Assembly (NCBI GenBank): GCA_964247055.1
Contig: OZ176056.1
Coordinates: 9,114,001 to 9,178,000 of the forward strand
DNA length: 64,000 bases
Direction of reading: 5' to 3'
Source of the DNA: Paragordius varius
Taxonomy: Eukaryota; Animalia; Nematomorpha
The notes beneath the pieces were generated by a model, which worked only from the letters and a program-made list of their open reading frames with translations, was not told the DNA's origin and searched no databases. The stretch's first letter is position 1. Each line of letters begins with the position of its first letter. Shown piece by piece: positions 26,372 through 38,300 of the stretch. The translations under genes and the position numbers were made by a program.

Positions 26372-29300
26372 TTACCAAACCACACATTTGTTAACAGGAT
26401 TCATAACACTGCCCAACGGGCACTGGTAGGCTTTGGAAAATTCAATTGAGTTTGATAGGGTTCCAAGAACTCTTTATATAAAAATAACATATAAAGTATA
26501 AATTAAAATTATACGGGGACGGGGTAAAAATAAAAAGACAAATATTTTTTTCTAAAAGACAACAACCATACTTTTTAAATCTTTGTTTTAAATATAATAG
26601 AATGAATATTGGTAATTCAATCAATTACATATTTTACAATTGTTATTAATTGTTTTTAATAGGATAGTTTAGGGTTTGAAAAAGTATGGTTATCTTTTGA
26701 AAAAAATTGTTTTTATTATGTTTTGTCCGTATAATTTGAATTTTACTGAATATATAATACAGTTTAAAGTCTCTTTATTCTTTTTTTTATGAAAGATAAG
26801 GTAAATTTCATCCGCACTTGTGAAGGCTTTAACACTCGCCTACCTAGGGCTATATAATGTTCTTTTTAACATTACTTAATTGTTAAGAGTTCTATTAATT
26901 TATATTAACTTGCCACAAAATATAATAATTTTTATATCATAAAATATATCATATTTGTTAAACAATTTTAACGCTTTTGGTATATTAATATAAGATGCTT
27001 ACCTAATTTTATTTGGACTGTGGGAATCATTTAGGATTTCATAGTAAAGAGATTTTTTGGTATCTACTGAGCACCAGACCTACATCAATATACAATAATT
27101 TAAAAATGTTTGATATAATGATTTAGCCATTAATTGTCTTCATAGTTATAATTTCGTAGCCAATTCACTAACCTGGTTTAAAATTTTGCTTATGTAAAGA
27201 TTCACACCTATTATCACAATTAAAAATAAAAAATTTACCTATAATTACATTGTTGAGTAACAATTTTTAAATTTAACCAAACTAAATAGTTATATTTTCA
27301 CATAAATGTACAAAAAATCATGTAAAAAGTATGAGACTTGAGCGAAAGCGAGAAAAAAGAGCTGGTTTTGCGTAAGATTCATTCCTGGTAATATTGGATC
27401 GGCGCCATTCAAATCAAATCGGTGAGCATTTTTGGGAGGAGTCTTCTTATTATTACCGTCGTTAGTAGAGGAAGACTGTCGCAAGTAGTTTTGAAAAGCC
27501 TAGTCATGTAAAAAAATGTTATAGAGCTCATATAGCTACAAAAAATTCATGAATCTCTTTTAAAATAAGGCGCATCAGGTCATTCAACAAAGATAGGGCA
27601 TTCATGGATTAATTTTAATTATATTTTAGCCTCGGGATATAGATGGCTCATATAGCGATAAACAACTACTTGCAAAGTGGTCAAAACAGCCATTATAAGA
27701 CCGGTAAGACTTTAACCCCCTGATTGAACTATTTCACTACAGTAAAAAGATATTTTAATAAAATCGCTTAATAATAAATATTTAGTATAATGTTTTTTCT
27801 GTAGGAATTGTTTTTAGAATATATTTTCCCAAATAAAGAGAAAATTAAGAAATCTATTAAAGATCATAAGAGGTTGCAATAGACTAGAAAAAATAATTAA
27901 TAATGACATGTTAGTCTCTGTATGTTCTCTACTAAACCGAATAGTCCGAATAGAATTTTGGTCGCTATATAATTTTATCCAAAATACGGTATATTATATT
28001 TCTTTACAAATTTGATTATTCCTGAAACATTAAATCAAAATTTTTATCATATTGTTTGTTATATTTATCTGACGTATGTATATGATTTTATTTTAAAAAA
28101 ATCATTTAAAAAGACTCGTAAATAAAAATATTGTTATTAAAATGCTTTAATATGTTTTTGTACGGCGCCTTTTTAAATTATAAAATTGAAAATATTCTCT
28201 GTGCTTAACTTTTTTATTAATTTTTTTGTAAAGAAAAAAAACTATAATTAAACCGCAAATGTAGCTTTCAATCCACCATTGTCAGCTATGTTTTCTCCAA
28301 TAGTTTGTTTGCCATTTATCTATATAGAATGTATATAAATATATATACCATTTACAGTTCAAATTCACCCTCGAACAATTCAAATTCACCCTCGAACAAT
28401 TCAAATTAACCCTTGAACAATTCAAATTTAAAATAAATTATGTGTTTTCGAACTAATTTAACTCATTATTAATATGAAATATATCTTTATGGCATAGTTT
28501 ATTATTTTTTCAATAATTTTTTAATTTAAAACAAAATTTTTATTTTTTAAAATATATAAAAATATTGGTAATTTTAAATCTTAAAAAACATTTATTTTAT
28601 TTGAGGGTCAATTCGAATTGTAAATGGTATATATACAGTAAAATACGGACAAAATAAAAATATAAAATGTTTCCCATATAAGCTACTCAGTTATAATTGT
28701 AAAATATAGAATTAATTGTATTGTATATCTCTATTTCAGACTTTGCAATCTAAAACAATGATTTATATTGATATAAATCTACATTTAAAAGGTATGGTTG
28801 TCTTTTAGAAAAAAATATTTGTCTTTATATTTTGTTTCCGTATAATTGCATATTTATTGAGTTAGATTTTTATTTTACATAAAATAGGAGAGAATATTTA
28901 ATAAATTTACCACATAATTAATATGGTTAAGGATTAGGTATTATTATAATTTAAAAAATCGTTTAATATGCACTAAAAATATGAATTTTTAAAACATGTG
29001 CAAATTTTTTAAACCATAAGTTTTATATATATTATAAATGTTTGTTTTAAATAAATAACTTATAAAATTATTAAAATAAAAAATGTAATTTATCAGCCGT
29101 TTTGCGTCTTTTGATTTGCTTCATTTATCTGGCTTATGGCCGCTTATAGTTTAAAAAATGGATTGCACATATTAATAGTTATCTTAACTTATAATATATC
29201 ATTTACAATTCAAAGTCACCCTTCAACAATTCAATTTGCCCTCGAACAATTCAAATCCATTCTAAAAATAAATTATGTGTTTTCGGGCTAATATAACTCA

Positions 29301-32300
29301 TCATTAATATGATTTATAACTTTATGGCTTGGTTTATTATTTTTTCAGTATTATGGTAACAAACAAACATAAAAAAATATAGGTATTATTTATAATCTTG
29401 AAAAAACAATTTATTTTAGGGTAAATTTGAATTCCTCAGGTGTGAATTTGAATTGTAAATGGTATACATAACTCAAAAAATCTTACATTAAGGTTTTCAA
29501 GCTTGAATTGGGAATATTGTTTTTCCAAACATTGAGCTCGCTTATTGAATTTGGCTATGGATGCATTATTCCACCAAGGTTTGAGGTTTCCATTTTTATC
29601 GAATTGTCTACCTGTGATTAAGATATAAAGTTATATGGGTTTTTTAATAAAAGTACTTATATTTAAGAAATATTTATTAAATTTTTATACCATGATCATC
29701 GAATCCATGGGTTAATTCATGGCCTACCACAAATCCCATCGCCCCAAAATTTAAGGATCTATATGAAATTTTAGCCATAAATATAAAAAAGATATTAACA
29801 AACGACACTATTTTTTAATCAATCCAAAAAAAAAGTTAAGATAAATACTTGGGAAAGTTGCTATCATAAAAAGGGCTTTGTAAGATGCCGGCAGGAAAAA
29901 CTATAGTAATATATTTACAGTAAAAATTGAATTATACAGACAATACGTAAAAACTAAAACCCAATTTTTTATAAACACAACCATATAACCTTAATTTTTC
30001 TTTTTAAGAATTACTTAACTACAGTTGTAAAATAAATTAATTGAATAGGATACCAAAATACATTTCTATACTTTGCAATTTAAAACAATGAGTTATAATT
30101 AAATTAACCATTTTAAAAGGGTTTAGAGTGGTCTTAAAAGACATATTTGTCTTTATGTTTTTACATTTTGTCTGTACAATTCAATTTAAATTTTAGAAAA
30201 TATATTTATATTATGAAATACCCATTTCATTTCCAGTGGCTAAATAATAGGCATTTACGGTTGGTGGTGTTAGGGACCATCTAATGTAAATATACAGTAA
30301 AAATTTGTATTCTTTATTTCACACTTTGCCAAACAATGAGTTAGTTATAAAATAAGTCAAGCTTTAAAAAGTATAGTTGTCTTTTAGAAAAAAAATATTT
30401 GTCTTTATATTTTTACGTTTGTCCGTATATTAGTTTTTACTGTATTGGGATAACATAAAATTCCATTTAATGTCTTTAAAGTTAGACAATAAAAATAAAA
30501 ATTATGTTAAAAATGTAAAAATTTTTAAAGCAAAAATATTTTGGCAGTATAATTTAATTAATAACTTATAATTTATATTATCATGTTACCTGGTTTTATC
30601 AACGGGTTTTTTGATTCGTTCCAAACTTTTTATAAGGAAAAATCGGATTTGCCGTAAATTATTGTTGAATAATTGATCCGATTCAAAACTAAGCTAAAAT
30701 TAAAACAAAAAATATTTGAAATGTTTGATTTTTTGCAAAAAATATAATGTGTAAGTAATACTAACTCCTTTATATTTTCCATCCAATTTTTTGGCATCCA
30801 TTATAAAATCGGGAAATCCAATCTTGTTTCTAATTGCATCGGCCTATATATCAAATACAAGATGGTTTTTTATAAACTGTAAGGGAGGTAGCCTTAAATT
30901 TAAAAATATTTTTGAATTTTACTTTTAAAAGTGAAGTAGAAAACATGTAGATTTCGCACAAATAATTTGATAGTACAGAAAAAATTGAGATTATACGGAC
31001 AAAATTTAAAAATATAAAGACAAATATTTTGTTTCTAAAAGACAACTATTTTTTTTAATCATTTTAAATAACTAGTCAAACTGTAAAATGGGAAATAAAA
31101 GTTTAAATTGGTAACACAATTTATTATGTAATTTGCAATTTAAAACAATCAAATACATATAATAATTCAAGATTCAAAAAGCATGGTTTCCTTTCGGAAA
31201 AAAATAATTGTCTTTATATTTAAATGTTTTGTCCGTATGATTTGAAATTTAATTAATTTAGATCTTAAACCTATTTTACATGTTTTAAATAATACAAACG
31301 GATATATTTAATACTTTGCCATAGTTTGTTTATTTTAAAAAATTGTATGGTATATAATAAAATTCAATTTCATATTAACTGCTGATAACCTTTGATTCCA
31401 AACATTTTAAGGGGATGTTACAGTTTAGATATGTTTAATTTTGAAAATTATTAACTCTTTAATTTTATTTATATAATACCAAATATATAAGTATATAATT
31501 AAACTAAGAATATAAAATCTAATTTTTTATCATTTTAACTCAAACTTATCCACCAACAAATTTGGAAGGTAAATAGAACCTATAACGGTGTATTATATAC
31601 CATGATCCTATTTTAAAATTAAAACGATAATTATTCCAACAAAAATTTTAATAGCTTCAGTTGATTAAATTGTTCAAAACGTAAAATGATATAAAATGCT
31701 TTCTATCTCGCAGCCATTTAAAAAATCTAAAATAGAATTAAATAAAACCTTTTCTGAGGCTACTTTAATGGTCGCAGAATCCATCCAATCCAGCGTTGGT
31801 AATTGATATTTAAAGGCTTCCTTAATTCCATTTATCATATTTTCTGCCTTGGGAAATAATGGCAGAAATTATAAATAATTATTTTTATTATAAAAAATAA
31901 CATGACTGTACAGCATATTTTTAAATTAGTTATCATACCATAAATTTGTTTTTGCCTTTGAATGTTTCTTTGACATACAATGAGCCAAGTGGGAAACCTT
32001 ATAAAATAAAATGATATAAATAAATGACAACATTTGCTTTTTCTGCAGTCATATGAAACCAAAAAAATCCCAAAACAGGAATTGAAGCTGTTTTTAGAAA
32101 CCGAAACTATAATTTCAAACCATAAAAACTTTATAGTACAATGTACTTTTTATTATTTTTATTGAAAAATTTTTTTTAATGAAAAAAGATACATATATAA
32201 TTAGTAAAGCAGCTTAAATTTATTATGTATATTATGTGGCAATTTATCCACATTAAAATAAAGTCATTAGGTTATTGATAAATCAAAACCAAAATGGAAA

Positions 32301-35300
32301 CATTGGAACAAAAAATAATTTGATGGGAATATTTTGTCCAGAATTTCAAAAAATGGTATAACCAGAAATGGAATTTTTTTATCAAAAAGTTTCCGTTCCA
32401 AACGTTGATAAAATCATTTTTCTAATCCTAAATCTTAAAATCAATCCATTAATATTTTCTTTTAAGACGCACTCTTCCAATTATATTTATACTTAAACAC
32501 TTCAAATTGACCCCTTAAACAATTCCAAATTTGTGTGAAAAAATAAAATGTTTAAAATAGTCTGCTTCAATTTACAATTAAATTTTTTGAAATGTATATT
32601 TATGTTACAGAAATTGATATAATACAGAGCTAAGTTACTTAAAAATAAACTTTTATTTTAAAAATTATATTTGCTATTAAGTTATTACCAATAATATTGT
32701 TTGTATCCACCATACAAGCTTTCCAAGGTATGGTAGTTTCGAAAGAACCCTTGAGCGCTTTAGTTAAAGGACGAAGACAGGAGCGGAAATCTTGCGATAA
32801 ATATTGAATAAGGCGGGAAGTAATGTGCCACATAAAGTAATTGTTTAGTATTCTGTCGGTTATAAAATATTGCAGTAAAAATTTATTTACTATCAATGGG
32901 ATTGATTTTTAACATATAGAATCTAAAATTCTAGTCCTTTGGTTACATGAAAGATAAATAGAGGTAATTTTTTATTTATAACCAAATTTTTTAACATACA
33001 CAATTGTAAAGATATCAGTTTTTGAGCAATGAATTAAAATACTTGGCCTCAATCCTAAATTAATTGCTTTATAAGCTACCCAAAAACCATGTGTGGCCAT
33101 TTAGCTAAATTTAACATTTTCCAAAATAAATTCTAAAAAATCGAATAAGTTTTAGTATGTTAATAATCGGACTGACAAGTTTTGAATCGGAAATTTTTAA
33201 TCGTTGTTTCCACACTACCACTAAACCCCGGTTATTCGAAACTGCTTAAAAATTAAGTGAGTTTTTATATTTTTTGTGCCTAATAAAAATTTGACTAATA
33301 ATTAGACAATATAAAAATTTTACTTGAATATAAAAGATATGTATTAACAAATTTTTAAAAAAACCTTTTAAAATATACTACATGATTTCACGAAAAAACA
33401 ACCGTCAAAATTAATTAAGCAACAACCAAAGAGACTTACGTTTGTTTTTGAGGTGTAGCAAGATATTCCTTAACCAGGGCTGTTAAATTTGTCATATATT
33501 GTGTACTTCGTACTATGACAATACTGTCCTCTGTTAACGTATAATTGACAAGAGAAAACAGAGAATTTAAGTAATGTTTCCAATTAATCTGTGTGCCAAT
33601 TTTAAAAATATTTAAGAAAAATTTATTAAAAAACTCTCGATAAAAAAATGTTTGATATACTAAAATATTTAAATTTTATTACAAAATCGTATTGCTGTTG
33701 AAGTTGACGTATTGTCATTGGATTATAATTCTTTTCTCCGTCTCTCAGGGTTTCAGGTAACGGTGTGAACTATATAGTTATAAAGGAAAAATTTATATAA
33801 ATATTTTTGGGAAGCCCTTTATTTTGTTCGAAATTCGATATTTCAAAAAGTAGATGATAATTATTGTTTTATAAGGGGGTTCAATGATAATATAATAGTT
33901 AGTTTGTAATAACATGCACAAATTTTAAGGGAATCAGCTAAACTAATTAATATTTGAGAATGGAGGGATAAATTTTTTAAAATGTAAATATCAAAACAAT
34001 TAATATAGTTATAAAAACACTATACAAGCATACAAAAAGGTTGATTGTTTCAAATATTGATTGTAATACATTTTTACGTTTCGCATTCTAAGATTTTAAA
34101 GCCACTTTCAATGATACCAATCCAAAAATGTGAAGTTATTCACTCAGTTTTATTACAAAATAAAAATTATTTATTCTTAAAATGGCGTCGCCAATGTTAC
34201 CGTAAAAAATCAAATTTGAATAATATCGCAATATAGGTTAAACTTACATTTGCAATTTTAGTTTCAAAAGCTAAAATGTCTGTCATAGTTTTGGTGACGA
34301 GTCTAAAGTAGTGTGCATACTGACTCGTGCTAAGCAAAGTTTCATTCAAACTATCAAACACGATATTATCAAAGCGAGCAACTATGCTTTCATTATTGCT
34401 GCTGCTGGGGTATTCAGAACTTCTAGATTGGAAATTGGGAACTGACGTGGAATTTGTATCACCGGATATTATGGAAGCTAAAAGCGAAATGGAAAATATA
34501 TATTGCAGTAAAAATTAAAATTATACGGACCAAAGGTAAAAATATAGAGACAAATATTTTTATGTATAAGACAACCATACATTTTTTTTCTCATAGAAGC
34601 TATTTAATTACAATTGTAAAATATAGAATTGGTTGTGATGGTAATCTATAACTCTATTTCAGACTTTGCCATTTAAAACAATGAGTTATATTGAAATAAA
34701 TCAAGATTTAAAAAATATGGTTGTAGAAAAAAAATTGTCCTTATAGTTTTACATTTTATCCGTATAATTTCAGTTTTTACTGCATTTAGCCTCAAATCCA
34801 TCCTTGAACATTTCAAAATATCACCCTAATGATGAATATGTAGTTTTGGGCTAATCTAACTTATTAATGGAGAAATTTTAAATATCCAAATCATTTAAGT
34901 TTTAGGGTGAATTTGTAATGTTTTTAGGGGATCGCGAGGGTGACTTTGAATGGCATATATAAAATTGGATCCCCTTGATTATTATACAATTTAACTGGGG
35001 CCGTTTTTATGAATATTTTTTATTGAATTGTAAACATGTGGTTATAGCTTGTATAAAAAAATGTCATAAAACTAGCATTCAAGGTAAATTGTGGAATTTT
35101 CATTATTTAATTGTTAAGACAATTTTATATCTAATCAGTTAATTTTATCTAATTTTAGTAATTATAATCAGTTTTAATTATCTGGTTATGATAGCAACTG
35201 TTTTTTTGAAATCAGACCGGTTTCCATATCTGATGCTCATTCAACCCCATGATTCGCAAAAATTACGCAAATTGTTTTATACCACAAAATGTAACATAAC

Positions 35301-38300
35301 CATAATAATAATTTATAGTTTAACAACAAATTTATTATTACAGTAAAAATTGGAATTATACGGACACAATTTTTTTTTCAAAAGAATATTTTTCAAACCT
35401 TAATTTATCCTATTAAAAAAATTTAATAACAATAGTAAATATGTAATTGATTGAGTTTCCAATATCCATCTCTATTCTATACTTTGGATTTTTAAAAAAA
35501 TGTGTTATTAAAAAAAATCAAGGTTTAAAAAGTATGGTTGGATATTTGTATTTACATTTTTACTTTTAATTTCATTTTTTACCGTATATTGAATTTCAGT
35601 TTTTTTAGGTTTTATTCCCACAAACTTAAAAATGTGTTTACCAGTTTTTAGAAGATCCAATTGACTAAACCACACCTTATCAAGGACATCATACATGACT
35701 GCGTGAGACTTTGTATTTAATTGACTCTCAAACGTTTCCAAGAAAAATTGTTTAAAACCGGATTCAAAAGTCTCAGATATATCATTGGAAAGTTTTGGTT
35801 TCCGATGATCATCAACACTTTTGGAGTTTTTAAAGTTAATTTGGTCTTTTTTATTTATGAGTCTGTTCCTTTGAATTGCTATGGAGTTTTCTTTGGGATT
35901 AATTTTAAAGAGAGTATAATCCGCCGCGGCGGCAGCAGCTTTTTGAGTTTCATAGATACTATTTTTCCTAAAATAATATGAAACTAAATTAAATCGGATT
36001 AACTAAAGGTAAAAACTAAAATAATGAATAGGGACATATCAAAAAAATGTTTTAGAAACCCTAATTTTATAGTATTTAATATTTAGAATGAAAATTGATT
36101 ATACAGACAAAACGAAAAAACAGAAAGACAAATATTTTTTTTCATAACCAGACTTTTTACTTGATTTTTTTATATATAACTCCTTCTTTAAAACTGCTAA
36201 TTTTGAATAAGCTATGTGAATTGGTAACACAATCAATCATACAATTGTAATTAATTAATTTATAAAGGAAAAATCTAAATCTAAAATAATATGGTTGTCT
36301 TTTGAAAAAAAAACATGTGTCTCTATGTTTTTTCCTTTTGCCTGTACATCAGTTTTACAGTAACTCTTTTTATTGGATATAAATACTAAACATACTTTGA
36401 AATTTGTGATATACTCATGTTGTTTTGGATTGAATCGTTTGAAGGGCCCTTGGGACCAAATCTCAGGCCTTGATATAGGATAGAATTTTCAAACATTTTT
36501 TTTTGATCCATCTTGTTGGCTAAGACAACGGCAACTCCTTTTAGCATGCAATTAAACATATAATTATATAAGAATAATATACCCTAAAAAATAGTCTTAA
36601 GAAGAAAGGCAGAAACCCTGGGTTCACCACATAATGTATAAAGATAGGGTTCACTGAACTAAAAATTGTCTGAATTTAAATAAAACTGACAAATTTAAAA
36701 TAACACAGTTCTGCTTGTTGTACAAATTTAATATACTTGATATGACGGATAAATTTAAAAAAGAGTTAAAACTCAAAATAACGCAATATGTCAAAAACGT
36801 AAACGTTAATGAAAGCTATGAGTCCCATTTTTTATAAAAAAAGTCGCAATGCTAATATTAAGAACATATCTTAGAAAACCCAATTAAATATAACACCCCT
36901 TAAGCTTACCTCAACCGATTGCATAAAACCAAATTATTGATTAAAACAGAGAACAAATTCCGCATTACCTTAGGTTAGTGTCTTAAAATGCCAAAATAAG
37001 GATTTAGATTGCCATAACACGATTTAAAACATAATTGAAGTGATATTTGACGAATATCTATATATGCAAAAACTGCAAAAGCATAAGTACCTATCATATA
37101 TTTGAGGTATGCAGTTAGAATTTCGACATTTTCTGGCATACTAGCGTTTAGATAATAATCACGTTTAGGTAAACTTATCTTGCCCATGTCCAAAAATATG
37201 ACATTTTGACTTGAGTTTTTATCATCGTCTGAAACGTAAGTAGAAAACAGTAAACCCAAATCCATATCCCGACTAATTCTTTCCATCCGATCTTGAAAAT
37301 TCCAATCGGTTGGAAGCATGGTTTTAAATATTTCTTGGTCTAATACAGAAAAAAATGAAATTATACGGACAAAACATAAAAACCTAAAGACAGATATATA
37401 TTTTAATTGTGATCATATAATTTATATAAAAAATAAGCCAAGCTAAAAAAGGTTTGATAAAAAATATAAGTTTTGTCTGTAAATTTAAATTTTTACTGTA
37501 ATTTTATGATAAAATAAGATTAGTTCCCTTTTCTAAAAAAATTTTATTAAAATTTTATTAAAGAGCCAATTTAAATTTATTAAAAATCGAAGTGTTCAGT
37601 AAAATTACAAATACTAAAACCGACTATAATATGTTCTATTTAATAATAAAAAAAATTAACCAATATTAAATTATATAAAATATTCTAAAAAGTACGAACC
37701 CTTTAAATAAGTGTTCATCTTATCTTTCATGTCGATATTTAAGATATTGTTGGAATTATCATCATTAGTAATTTTGGCATTATGCTGTTTATCAATATTT
37801 TGTTCAGTATTGTCGTTTAATACGACTTTGAGTTTAGTTAAGTTCCAACTTCCATATCGAGACAATAGCTTAAGTAAAGGCGCAGCTCCAAGATATTCTA
37901 CAGTATCGTTTTCATCCAAACAAGATTCATAATATGTTTTAGCCTTCAATTCGGATTCCGTGAAGGATTGAGTGTTTTTACGTTCTAGAGTCAAATCAGC
38001 GAATAGAGATTAGTATAAAATGTACAGTTGGTTGCTTTAAAATTTGCATCTTAGCGTAATACAGTAATTAAAATTATACGGACAAAACGTTAAAACAAAT
38101 ATTTTTATCGAAAAGACAACCATACTTTTTAAAACTTAAATGTTTTCCATATAAGATACCAAATTTTAAAATATAAAATTGATTGTGTTAGTATTATATA
38201 TAAACTTTGCCATTTAAAACAATGAGTTATAATGAAATAAATCAAGATTAAAAAAGTATGGTTGTCTTTTAGAAAAAAAGATTTGTCTTTATATTTTTAC

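Noticed and set aside
35642-35676. Alternative donor AAG|GTGTGG at 35675 for peptidase exon 6
   Set aside because: It is phase 0, while exon 7 needs phase 1, and I found no bridging exon in 34478-35641. The G|GTAAAC donor at 35641 keeps the frame. RNA-seq would settle it.
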